NCBI GenBank assembly: GCA_043228905.1
Contig: JBHGNT010000006.1
Coordinates: forward strand, 5,456,001-5,520,000
DNA from: Azolla caroliniana
Taxonomy: Eukaryota > Plantae > Polypodiophyta
DNA length: 64,000 bases
Reading direction: 5' to 3'
Shown here: in pieces, positions 28,587-41,241 of the stretch
How the letters are laid out: each line of letters starts with the position of its first letter
Position numbering within the stretch: position 1 is the first letter of the stretch
The notes under the pieces: model-generated
The model's input: the letters and a program-made list of their open reading frames with translations, nothing else
Database searches by the model: none
Told to the model about the DNA's origin: nothing
Position numbers and translations under genes: made by a program

Positions 28587-30973
28587 ATGAAGAGGGCGAG
28601 GTCATTCATGGAAGGTCAAGAGAGTGGTGGAACAGGGTCCATTTCTAGGTCCAGTGGACCTTCTCCTTCTTATCAACAAACTAACCCTCCCATGGATGCT
28701 ATGTCTATGAGACAAATCCCTCATAAATCAGAGAAAGGAAGAGATTCCGTTGATACTAGTTCAAGGCCATCATGGCCTTGCGAACAAAGGACAGGGGAAA
28801 TGCATGAGGGGAGATCCATACCGTCTGTCTCGGTTGTGAAAGAAGAGACCTCAGCCATCCAAACTGTAGTCCATCGCGTTGTTGGTTCTGATCAAATCAC
28901 TTTGAAAGACATTGCTTGTGATCCAATCGAATCCATTGCTGAGATTCTAAATGTGCTGCCTGATGAAGAATGTGAAAAGCTTAAGTCAGAGCTTCGTGAG
29001 ATTTTGAATGCTGTTGGGGGCATAACACAAAAGGGGGATTTTTCAGTTCTTCAAAGCTGGGTCCTTAACCGAAGAGACATCCTTCCTGATATATTATCTC
29101 ACTCCAATCGTACCCAATTACAAATTTTGGTTGCCTTGAAGACAGGCATTCAAGCTTTTCTCCATCCTGACATATCGATCACACAGAGTGTCTTGGTCGA
29201 AGTCTTCTTCAATAAGAGATGCCGAAATATGGCTTGCCAGTGCCAGTTACCTGGAGATGATTGTAAATGTGAGGTTTGCACCACAAAGAGTGGTTTTTGC
29301 AATGTTTGCATGTGCACTATATGTAACAAATTTGACTTCGATGTGAATACATGCCGTTGGATTGGATGTGATGAGTGTTCACATTGGACGCACACTGATT
29401 GTGCCATAAGGGTTCGCCAAATAGCAATGGGTGTATCGTTGAGAAGAGGGAGAGGATCGTCGCCTGAAATGCTTTTCAACTGTAGAGCTTGCAAGCATAC
29501 TTCTGAGTTGTTAGGATGGGTTAAAGACGTGTTTCATACTTGTGCTGGTGATTGGAACACCGAGGAACTAATGAAAGAATTCGATTCGGTGCATCGTATC
29601 TTCCAGGGTGCTGAGGATTCAAAAGGAAGGCAATTGCTCTGGAAGTCAGAGGAACTACTTCAAAAGCTAAAGAATGGAGGGAACAGTGCTACAGTTTGCA
29701 GTGAAATGCAACAGTTCTTCCAAGGTATGTATGCTTTTCAATTTCCTAGGTACTGTCCACTTAGTATGTTTTTCTGTTTTTGTTTTGCATTTATATGTTA
29801 ATGAGTGTGAAAGTAAAATATATGCTACTTTAAGATAGAACACACAAAAGGGTTAATATCCACACTAAATGTTGCTGAAGAACTAGTTTAAAACCACTCT
29901 GAACATATATAACCATTACGACTTAATTTTGATGACATATTTTAAATAGAATTCAGCCAATGTTGGCATGTGTTTTAATACCGTGGATGTTTTACTCATT
30001 TTCTTTCCACTAGTAAAATATGTTCTGGCAACAAAGTTCACGCCTTTAGATCAGGTTTTTCACTCTGTCAATGTAACATTCCATAGACTGCTTTATTATC
30101 ACATGGCTGAAAATTAAGGTCCTTACCGTTCCCCCTCAATATGTTCCTCCCTCTGTAACACCATTCCAACTAAGAGTGGCGTCATATGCAAGTCAGATAT
30201 ACAATATCCCGATACAGTCCTTCCAAAATAGGTTGTGACTGTAGGCTTGATGAGCCAGATGTGTAGGAATGTGTCAATGTTGAGGGCTTCATTCTTAGCT
30301 GAAATGGGTGCCGACTATCTTTTCCTTGAACCTTATTTGATTGAGACTTTTATGTGATCTTACTGTAGAACTGGAAAGTGAAGAAGATGTGGCGCAATAC
30401 AAAGGTGAGAATGCAAAGATGGTAGAGCCACAAGAAGCGTGCAATCGGATTGCAGACGTTGTCCAAGAAGCCGTTGCGAAAATGGAAATTGTGGCCCAGG
30501 AGAAATCCCGTGCTCTCAAACGAGCTCGAACCGCCTTAGAAACATGTGATAAAGAACTGGAAGAAAAGAAACGAGAATTACAAGATATGCAACTTGAGAG
30601 GCAAAAAAAGAAGCAAGAGATAGAAGAGCTAGAGACAATAGTGAAGCTAAGGTTGGCGGAATCGGAGATGTTTCAGATGCGTGCTGATGATGCCAGACAA
30701 GCCGCGGAGAATTTGCAACGCCTTGTCGCAGATAGGTCAGAGAAAGCCGAGGAAGAGTACACTACAAGATACCTTCAGCTTAGGCTTAATGAAGTAGAGG
30801 CAGAAAGGCGTGCGCTTTTTGAGAAGATTCAACTCCAAGAGCATGTGCGTGCCTCATCACAGCCGAATTCTTCGTCGCAAATGGCCATGATGGGTAAAAT
30901 ACACGATTTGCTTAAACAAGTCTATAGCCCTAAAAAGGATGGCACCAATACTAAAGAGATGTCAGTGGCATGA
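28587..30973 (+). CDS. OBE: OBERON-like PHD-finger protein. Exons 28587-29724 and 30369-30973
   Basis: Contains KTGIQAFLHP and CRNMACQCQLP..DCKCEVC...GFCNVCMC.IC.KFDFDVNTCRWIGCD.CSHWTHTDCA (PHD_Oberon). A C-terminal Oberon coiled coil follows (ELETIVKLRLAESEMFQMRADDARQAAE). Splice CAAG|GT...AG|AA. Confidence 0.93.
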
Positions 30974-32519
30974 GGGCACTCACATGACCTTTTTTTTTGG
31001 CTTTTTTGGTTAGGATTCAATGCTACTGCTATATACATGGTTTGTTGACATAAGCTGCTTGTTTTTTGCTACATTATCAGCTTTCTAAAAAATTAGTTAT
31101 GCCCTGTACATGTACTTTTCAGTTTTCTTTTTTTATCCGGATGTTTTGAAGAATGTATCGGGCTTATTCACATCCCTCATAAAAGAGTATTTATTGTCTA
31201 ACAATATTGACTTGCCTTAGTGGATTATATAGTTTTGAGTCTGGCACACTACCTTGGTTTTTAATATGATGAGTTTTTTAATCGACTACACATTTCAGCA
31301 TGATTAAAGCCAATCGACGAAATGGAAAATGCATTTTCCAAAATAGGGTTCTATTACATTAAAGCTCCTTTCCATTGTCTTTGGAAGTATCACTAGTTTG
31401 TCATGTAACTCTATTGCAAGGGGAGGTGTTGAAACATGGACCAAGTTTGCCCTACCTATTGGATGATCTACTCAATATTGTAACGTCATGTTTAACCATT
31501 GAGGGTTATGCATCTAGTACTATTTTGGTGTCTTCTTTATCCTCAAGTATGTAAAGGCACCGTGATCCCATTATATTTGCATGCATAACCCATGGAATGA
31601 ATAGATCACTCTAGTTTCTACTCTCAAGGTGTCGTCCTACCTAAACATAAGGCCAATATTTGAAAAAGAAATTCACATGAATTTTTGTTGATGGATGTTT
31701 GTGTACATTATAATGTGAAGGTATCATCCCCTAGGTTGCTAATAGTGCAAACTTCCTGGGTACAAGAAATTACCCAATTATCAATGATCACAATTATATT
31801 ATAGGTGAAACCCAACTTCTCACACAATTAACATACAAAATAATAATTTGAACCTTACACATCTACATGCAACAAAGCACACCACCTAATCATGTGAGTG
31901 TATGATCCTGATCGTGTAAAATCAAAATCACATAAGGTTCCTAAATCGATAGAGAACGTGTAAATTTGATTTCTTTTGAATCAATCTTTCTCACTATATT
32001 TGCCAAAATGTTGTTAATTGTTCTCCTATTTGCAAAGCTTTTTTTAATTGTCTATAAGTGCAAAGGATCAACAATGGTAACTGAAACCTATTAAACAAAA
32101 TCTGAAAGATATTTAATTATCATCCAAATGTTTAATTAATTAATGAAACAAAGCACCAAGGGTCGATTTATTATTAATGAATTGATTAACTAAGAAATGA
32201 ACCATTTTGCAATGGAATTTATAAATTAACATAATTAGTGGCATGCTCTTCGTGTGTTATTTTCCTTCGTTCTCTCAACCCCACTCTCACATAAAAGCCC
32301 AACTTTTGTCCACGTGTGCAACACCCGCATAGCATAACAATGTCTCTAATCCATTATCGTACAATTCAATTGGCTTGTATTACTATGAGTGCTTATTTAT
32401 GAGACCTCTAAGGAATTCATGGTTAAGATAATGGTCAAACTCATCAATGATCATATCAACATCCCTATTTAATATCAATCAACAAGGAATTTCAAGAACT
32501 TTAGGAACTATTTACTAAA

Positions 32520-32830
32520 GGAAAAGTTGTTCCAAATTAATCAATACTTTTTCTTGCAAAGAGATGCAAAAAAGAAGGAAACCTGGCTTGTGCTAAGCAA
32601 TTACATAACCTTATTATAAAAATGGTTTGTTAGCAAACATCACTATTGCAAATAAGATGATAGACATGACAACCATATAGTTGCAAGTGGTTATGACTTG
32701 AATGTCTTCGTGAGAAATGCTCTTATAGACATGTATTGCAAGTGCAAGGAGATTCTGATGGGACGTGAGATGCATGTTGAGATTGAAAGAATGGGGCTGT
32801 TGGATAAAACTTTTTTGTTGGATATGCCGA
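32520..32830 (+). pseudogene. PPR (PLS-class) gene relic
   Basis: DLNVFVRNALIDMYCKCK and GREMHVEIERMGLL motifs, with frames disrupted. Confidence 0.65.
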
Positions 32831-33162
32831 ACATGAATAAGTATGGCTACAAAGATGATTTATCTTTACCTAGAAAGATTGGTTACTGTCATTCAACATG
32901 GCTATACAATATTCATTGTAATATTGGATTATCTTTTATATTGCCGCTGGCCACTTTAATTTTAATACCAATGGAGGATAGTTTTTTATGAAAAAAAAAC
33001 ATCCCTATTTAATGTATCTGCGCCATATCCTCTTATTAAGTGATCCAATGGCCAATGCACTATGATGCACCTATGTGCCCTCATTGGGGTCTCTCTTTTG
33101 ACCTTAAGTATGGTCCCACTAAGTGGCAGTTTTGGTCGATATTTGGGCCTGAGCGCAACTTC

Positions 33163-33501
33163 TTCCATCTTCCAATTGACGCAACTCTAAGACCATAATC
33201 AATATTAGTTTCATTTTACCATACATCAAATTTGCTTTGCAACCTTCATTCTTTCGTCATAACCTTAAATTCTTAGTCGTATGAGAGCAATGTATTTTAT
33301 TTTCTATATCTTTTTGCACTATATCATAGGCATGGATCTTCCATCTTCCTATCGGCACAACTCTAAAACCACAATTGAAATTAGTTACATTTAACCATAC
33401 ATCAAAATTTGTTGACAACCTTCATGACTTTCCTTGTACTTACCATCAATTCTTAGCTCTATGACAACAATGTATTAGACTTTCTATATCTTTTTGCACT
33501 A
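33163..33501. repeat. About 175-bp diverged tandem duplication
   Basis: CTTCCATCTTCC...CAACTCTAA...TTTCTATATCTTTTTGCACTA occurs twice. Confidence 0.75.
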
Positions 33502-33779
33502 CATTAGAGTCATGTATCCCGCCTCTAACCATAGTGCACCCCACCTTGTACGATTGCTACATAAAATTGGAGGCTATTTGGAATACTCGGTAGGTTCGGT
33601 GGAATATTGGAGAGTTCTTCCCGTCAGGTGTTATTCATATGTCTATGTCCGAGATCCTCCCCTCTTCGAGGAGTCTTTCTAGGACTTGGACCCCACTTGT
33701 ATAACTTTCATCAACTATTGCCTTGATGGAAGCCCGAGGGAAGCAAAAAAGGCTCATGTAGTATGATCCCTAAGTTAAA

Positions 33780-34320
33780 TACAATGTGTTGCCAATGAAT
33801 CATCCTATTTTCTTGGTATTCCCCCTAGTCCAAACCCATATTTGTCATCCCAAACCTCACCAAATCCTCAACCTCTTATTCATTCTAACCATCAGCTTAA
33901 ATAACACTTTGGTATTGAGTAGAACCACTCCACCTTATCAAAACGTCGTCTATAAAATATACCTATGTCCCAAATGGCATGAAACTCCACACGCCTAAGC
34001 TCCGCTAGATGCCTATTACCTTTTATACTATCCAAAATCCCTCTGAGATTATGCACAATCTCTATCCAAATTCCCGAATTTATTTGGGCAGGTCTTTTAG
34101 TAACATTTTGAAATACCTTCAAACATCGAGCCTTCCAAATATACCAAATTGTAATACTACTTACCAATTGTCATATTTGAGGTTTATTAGTTTGTATTTG
34201 TGGATTCAGAGGGGTCGAATGTTTTTCCATCAAACCATGTCTCATCATAATAGCATCTGCAACCTCCTCTTGTTCATATACCAAAGGGGTATGTTCATAA
34301 TATCAAAGGGGTATGTTAAC
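33780..34320 (-). mobile_element. LINE (L1-like) ORF2 C-terminal fragment
   Basis: SSITIWYIWKARCLKVFQN resembles the W.IW..RN...F motif found downstream of zf-RVT. Confidence 0.65.
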
Positions 34321-34359
34321 TAACTACCAAAGATATTATCTTGTTAATTAATAACTTTT

Positions 34360-34836
34360 CATTCATTGCACTTCCCATGCACTTCCAAACACATAACGTT
34401 GGCATTGATGTCAAATGGACAAGACAAAAAGGATGAGAGACAAATATTTATTGGGCACCAAAGAGTGCTTAGCCATCCAATTATGAGCAATGATCTAACA
34501 TGAAAATATTGTTAATTAATCGTGTTGGAGCAACACAACACCTTAGAGTATGCTCCATGTTCTTAAGCTCCATTCATAGGTTGCGAACATGTATTGAATG
34601 CAATAGGAAATATTATGTCTTTTCTCATAAATTGTAGAACATTGTCACATTACATTCAACAAGAAATGTCCTTTTAGCTCGACAAAAGCAAGACATTGCA
34701 TGCTAAACTATTGTGTGAAAGTAATCTTTATATACATTACGAATCAATTTTTTGAAAATTATTGTCATTTGACTTGTTCCTTTGACACCAGTGCCAATGT
34801 GATGTGTTTGGAAGTGTATGGGAAGTGCAATGTATG
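34360..34836. mobile_element. Foldback/MITE-like element with about 70-bp imperfect terminal inverted repeats
   Basis: CATTGCACTTCCCATGCACTTCCAAACACAT... at 34360-34428 is the reverse complement of ...ATGTGTTTGGAAGTGTATGGGAAGTGCAATG at 34768-34836. Confidence 0.65.
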
Positions 34837-35542
34837 TGGGAAGAACTTACAACCAAAAGTTGTATAAACTAAGAAGTCTAACCAAAAGAAGTTGTAAGTT
34901 TAGAACATGAAAGCTTGATATAGTGGTAAATGTTCTAGTTTGCAAAATTGAGGCAACAGTTTAAAGTATCCAATAATGTTATTGATGTTGTGCTCAACGT
35001 TGTGGGGCATCCAATGGCATCTTGTAATCTAGCTAATTGAGGATATTGTTGTATTGTAAATAAGCGCATAGTCCTAAGGCTACGTGTTGTCCAGAGGACA
35101 GAAATGTAAAATTAGGAAATTAGCAAACGCCGAGTCCGAGTATCACGGGCCACCGATGGCTCGGCTGTGTGTTAGGGGAAAAGCTATTTAAATGAGGAGC
35201 AATACCTCAGAAGGAGAGAGAAAAATATAGGCGGAAGCACTAGCTTAGTCATTCGTAATTAGATAAACTCGTAAGGTCACCGGCCATAGGCTGTGTTCTG
35301 TAACCCTTTTCTACCATAGTAATATATCTTAATTGTGCCTATTTGTGTTGCATCAGTCTGTGGTTCGATCTATACCTATGAGTTTCACGCCGCCACGTCT
35401 ATCAAAACCTCGCTAGTGTTTTCTCTCTGAGCCCTGTATCTCTCTCGACGCCTCTGTACGAGCCTTCACGTACCACGCCCTTGAAGACCGATAGACGCAG
35501 ATCTATCGAAGGTGTTCACCCAAAGGAATGGGTAACACAATT

Positions 35543-35555
35543 TGGCACGCCCGGT
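35543..35555 (+). promoter_or_regulatory. Primer-binding site, tRNA-Arg-type
   Basis: TGGCACGCCCGGT lies 5 nt after the 5' LTR. It is complementary to the plant tRNA-Arg(UCU)-type 3' end ...ACCGGGCGUGCCA as recalled (not searched). Confidence 0.8.
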
Positions 35556-38500
35556 TACAACTGTGAGTGCACAGCGAACTTCGTTGAAGGTAACCACCAG
35601 CCGCCGTTACGGCGCCCTCTCGAACCACGAGGTCTCGGCCACCTGCCCGACGCCCTGAGCCAGTCGAAGGAACTTCCGACTCGGCGGTCACTGACCAATC
35701 CTTTCCCGATCAATCGGGGGCTTGTCCAGGGCAATCCTCGCCACCGGACACTCGATCGCGAGTGGATTCAACACCAGAACCCCCGTCGAGCCCTCCGGAG
35801 GTCAATCAACCGGAACTAAATCCTTTTCCGGTGCTACCAGAAGAACCACAGTACGACATCATGCCGTACCCATACCCACGATATGCCGACGGACCGGACG
35901 CGGAGTCACACGTCCGTGCCTTCATATCCACGTGGCAGGCTAACCACTCCACGCACCGCCTCACACCGGCCGAAATCGATGCCTCGAAGATTGCCAAGTT
36001 CACACTCTCCCTCGATGGACCGGCCGCACGATGGTACTCTCGCCTCGAAATAGGAGAGGCCACCACTTTCCAAATCGTGCACACAAAGTTCCTTGAACTT
36101 TTTCATCGCGAGGTGCCTAAACGGGAACTGCTACGGCAATTCTTTTGTATATGCCAGGAACCGCACGAAACGGTCGCGCAGTTCACGATCCGGTTCCAAG
36201 ATCTCTACAGACAAGTGGCCGATGATGTCTCAGCACAATATATACCGGACACTTTCCTTTCCAGTTTACGAGAGCCTCTACGAATGACTCTCGCACTTAC
36301 AAATTTCGCCAACCATACTATCGAACAAGTCATAGCGCACGTTCTCGCCCTCGATCGGAACCAGCACGACACAGCCTTCTCGATGACATCCTTGCAAAAC
36401 GCTCTTCCCCAAGAGGACAATCGCTTTCGCCAAGCCCTCCAATGCACGACGTGTTCAGGATCAGGGCACCTGGCCCTCGAATGTCCCCACTGACCACAGT
36501 GTCCGATCTCTCAGTCTCGAGCTCACACGGTCGAGCAGTGCGAATATAATATGCTGAACCGCACAACGGCAGCACCGGTCCGCCAGATCGAGCCACGCAA
36601 TACATACTCTCAGTAGGACGAGCGATATATCTACCACGACCAGGATAACGACCAACCGCGATCCCCGGATCGATGGTGCCGAAACGACGACTACCAACGT
36701 GATAATCGCGATGACCGGTACGACGATTATGCTCGATACGATGACGATCGCGATGATCGGTATGACCGAAGGAACTCACGCATGGATCGGCGAAACGGCA
36801 ATCACAACACGCGCAACAATAGAAGACCAAATCACAACCGCCGACAGGACGCTCCTCAACATGACCAGCGCAACTCCAACACACCTCGGAACAATCCACC
36901 ACCAAACAAGACCGAGGATCAACAACAACAGCTTCCACACACAGACCGAGCGAACACCAGTAGCTCGGCCAACGTGACATGTTATAAATGTAACCAACCA
37001 GGCCACTATGCCACACAATGTCCGACAACCAACCGTGGCAAGGCACCCGCGGTAAACAGTATCATGGCCGATGTTCAAACGGTCACTACCCGGCGTAAAG
37101 CGCAGACTACTCAGTGGCAAATCCAGGATGAAGTACGACAGGCAGCAAAAGAATGGGTCGACACGGCCAATAAAAATAATGTCGCACGCATGCAAACTGA
37201 CATGAAGGACGGGCCCAGTGAAGTACCACAAACCCTGGCACCATCCACGTCGGAGGAGGACAACCAGCTATGGGATGTTCTTACCAACTCCCGCATCTCG
37301 CTGCCCCTACATAAACTGCTACCACTTATGCCGAGATTTCGGGACACCCTGGCGGCACTACAGGCCAATACTAAGGCCGTGACACCACTAGTACACCTCA
37401 CCGAACCAGGAACCGGTCCACCACTCATGGATTCTCAGAACCCAACCGTGCGAATCATCATTAAGGGACAAGACATGCACAGATGCATCATCGACGGCGG
37501 ATCCGGCGTAAACGTTATTAGCGAATCAACGTGTCTCAAACTCGGCCTGAATCAATGGGAACCATGCCCCTTTTGGCTTCGGATGGCCGACACCCGCTCC
37601 GTTCACCCCATTGGTTTAATCCGCCATCTCGACTTCACACTCGGAGGCCACATGTTCACGATCTCGGCCGTCGTGCTACGACTGGAGACACAAGGCGCCT
37701 ACCCAATGTTACTAGGTCGACCATGGTTGCGTATAGCGAATATCAAGCAACATTGGCAACGCAACATGATCTCGTTCCGAAGAGGGAAGACAAAAGTCTG
37801 AATCATCACTGAAGAACGAGTCCCCGTCGCCCTCAAGGCTTCGCCGTTATACGCGGAAGGGGTCCATATGCTCGACGGATTGGCCGATGAGGAGGTCGAT
37901 GACTTCCTAGATGATCATTCCTCTCTTTGAAATCAATGCCTTACCAACCATCGAGCCATCTAAAGACGAGGAAGTCACGGAGGAGCCACCACCCTAGGAT
38001 GAACCCGATGCAACCACAGTTGCCGAGCTACGTCATGCTCGGGAGGCTTTCGAACGCGAACTCACCATTTCACAACGAGTGAAAGCATCAACCCTAGAAA
38101 CAATAAACCTCGGTTCGGACGAGAATCCCCGTACGGTACAAATTGCCAATAATCTACCAACCGGCGAACGTGCATGTCTCGTAAAATTACTCACCGACTA
38201 CCAGGATGTTTTCGCTTGGTCTTACACTTATATGAAGGGGTTGGATCCTCAATACTACCAACATCAAATTCACATCTTACCCGACACTCGGCCGGTTCAG
38301 CAAAGGCGCTACAGGATGAACCCCAACTACGCCGCTAAAGTCAAAGAGGAAATTGACAAGTTACTCCGAGTGGGCTTCATTCGCCCTGTTAAACGGGCTA
38401 CATGGTTGAGCCCGATCGTAGTGGTCCCAAAGAAGAACGGAAAAATCTGCGTCTACGTCGACTATCGGAAGCTTAACGCGGCAACAGTCACCGACGGTTT

Positions 38501-41155
38501 CCATCTCCCATTCACGAATAGCGTCCTCGACACGGGAGCCGGCCACGAATGCTACAGTTTCCTCGACGGGTTCAACGGCTATAATCAGATAAGAATGCAC
38601 CCGGAGGATCAGGAGAAAACTGCTTTTGTCACGGAATGGGGTGTTTTTGTAGCAGAAGTCATGATGTTCGGTCTAAAAACGGCACTGGCTACGTTCCAGC
38701 ACATCATCACTGAAATCTTTCATGACTACATCCCGGCGTTCATGCAAGTTTTTCTCGACGATTTCGCTGTGTATGACCATCTACGGGAACACATGACCCA
38801 GTTACGACTCTGCCTGGACCGATGTCGCCAAGCTATATTGAGTTTAAACCCGGCGAAATGCGCGTTCTTAGTCACCAGCGGCAACCTTCTCGCCCACATT
38901 GTCAGTCAAGAAGGCATCGCTATGGACCCGGATAAAGTAAAGGCAATCATGGATGCCACCGCACCCTCGAACGCTAAGGCACTAAGCCGGTTTTTGGGAC
39001 AGATCCGGTGGCACAGCCGAATGATACGACACTTGGCCGATTTCATGACACCCTTACACGAGGCAGTCCATCGCCTTCCTTTCCAATGGACGTCAGTCGA
39101 GGATACGACTTATCAGACCCTGAAACGAATGTTGTCACATGCCCCGGTGGTCTAGTCTCCGGTTTGGTCCGAACCGTTTCACGTCTTCGTAGATGCTTCG
39201 GACATCGCCATCGGAAGTGCTCTGATGCAATGTAGACCCCCAAATTGGTATAGGCCCGTGTACTACGCCAGCCGACGGCTCTTGACCGCGGAAAAGAATT
39301 ACTCCACCACCGAGCGGGAGGCCCTCGGTATGATTTATAGCATCAATAAATTTCGGCATTACCTCTTGGGCCGAAAATTTACCTTTCACGTGGATCACTC
39401 GGCCCTTATTTATTTGGTCAATAAACAAGCCCTCACCGGACGGTTGGCTCGGTGGATGCTCCTACGACAAGAGTTTGATTTTCAGATTCAGCATCGACCC
39501 GGGGTACAACATGCCGTCGCCGACTACTTGAGCCGTCTTGAGTCAGGAGAACCGGCGAAAACAACGTACGACGAGCTACCGGATGCCAGCCTATTTAACC
39601 TAACCACGATACCAAACGATAACGGAGATGAATGGATCACGGAGATGACCCATTTTCTCACTACCGGTGTACCTCCCGAGCACATGACCCTTGACACGAG
39701 AAAACGCCTAGCAGTGCGTAGCCGGAATTTTTGCCTCGTCTCGGACATTCTCTACCACAAAGGCTCGGACGACATATGGCACCGAGCGATTCGGCAATTC
39801 GAGAAGAACGTCGTTCTTCAAGAAGCCCACCAGGGAGTAGCGGGGGGACACTACGCCGGGGATTCCACGGCAAGGAAAGTTTGGCAAAGTGGATTATGGT
39901 GGCGAACAACGAAGAAAGACGCTCATGAGTTTTGCAGGGAATGCGATTTGTGCCAACGATTGGGGCAACCAATGGAACAGTCACGGATGCCACACCAGCC
40001 AATTTTTCCGTTGGACCCATTTCAAAAATGGGGTTTGGATTTTGTAGGCCCTTTTAAACCACCCGCGGCCCGAGCAGGGAATAGATATATTATCGTTGCC
40101 ACGGATTACTGCACCAAATGGGTCGAGGCTAAGGCACTCCGAGATAACACGACGGCATCCACGGCTAAATTTGTGTACGAGCACCTCTGGTGCCGTTACG
40201 GATGTCCAATCGAGCTCGTTAGTGACCAAGGTGGGCACTTCATCAATCATATAATACGTGAGCTTACACACCACTACGCGGTGGTGCACAAGAAAAGCAC
40301 ACCATACTACCCGCAGGCGAACGGCTTGGTAGAATCGACCAATAAAATCCTCCAAACCATACTGAAGAAGATCGTCAATGAAAACAGGACCAATTGGGAT
40401 GACAAACTCCAGAGCGTGTTGTGGGCATATCATACGACTTTCAAAACAAGCATACAATCGACCCCCTTTCGAATGGCGTTCGGGTTAGAAGCCGTAATGC
40501 CTGTTGAGTTCCAAGTCCCGAGCCTTCGAGTTCAAGTCAAAGCACGGCTCCCCGAGGCCAAATCCGAGCAATACCGGCTGGAACAACTCCTCGAACTCGG
40601 GGAAGATACGATAGAGAGTATGGCCCAGCTCGAACAACGCCAACGGCAACGCAAGGCTTTCGTGGATCGACATCGACATGGGCTGGAGAAGGAGCTCACC
40701 ATCGGCAAACCAGTTCTTCTTTTCCAAACATGACTCGGGTCAATGCCGGGAAAATTAAGATTTCAGTGGACCGGTCCATTCTGGATCATCGACGAGTTCA
40801 ACGGGACGTTCCAGCTCGGCACACTCGCCGGCGACACAGTCAAAAGCTAGGCCAATGGTTTTCGGCTTAGACCATATCGAGGGACTACACCACCCAACCC
40901 GTTTACCAAGCCACACGGCACCAACGAGACTCGGGAGATCACCACGGAGGCCGCCACGTGTCCCCCTGAATAAGGACTCACCCACCTTCTTGAAATTAAT
41001 AAAAGTAGTAGTAGGTAGGATTAACCATAGTTTAGCCACTGTTTAGCTACACCTACACCACCCACCTAGGCACCCACAATTTTAGGAGCACCCCTGCCAC
41101 CACCCCGGACCCCGAAAGCATCCTCGACATCTTAAAGGAGGAATGAAACGAGGAT

Positions 41156-41241
41156 CACGCCTAAAAGGCAATTTTTGTAATATTGTAGTATTTTGTAAGT
41201 CGTGGGTCCGACGGACAAGGTCCTGTCCCACGGGCGTGCCA
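41156..41241 (+). ncRNA. tRNA-like structure ending in an encoded CCA, at the position normally taken by the PPT
   Basis: Acceptor-like stem CACGCCT (41156-41162) / GGGCGTG (41232-41238). T-stem GTGGG (41202-41206) / CCCAC (41227-41231), with a TCCGA loop start and an inserted GGAC-AAG-GTCC hairpin. CCA at 41239-41241, 2 nt before the LTR. Confidence 0.6.

Noticed and set aside
36330-37231. Antisense ORFs in the Gypsy gag region
   Set aside because: Shadow ORFs of GC-rich coding sequence with no recognisable motifs.
41134-41143. AAAGGAGGAA as the canonical PPT
   Set aside because: It lies about 100 nt upstream of the LTR boundary defined by LTR identity and the TSD, so it cannot generate that boundary in the standard model. 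It may be vestigial or auxiliary.
41120-41155. Hammerhead ribozyme (stem closed after GAAA)
   Set aside because: No CUGANGA core and no room for stems I and II.
41156-41241. A genuine host tRNA gene
   Set aside because: The D and anticodon arms are non-canonical, the T-loop has an insertion, the CCA is encoded, and there is no oligo-T terminator.
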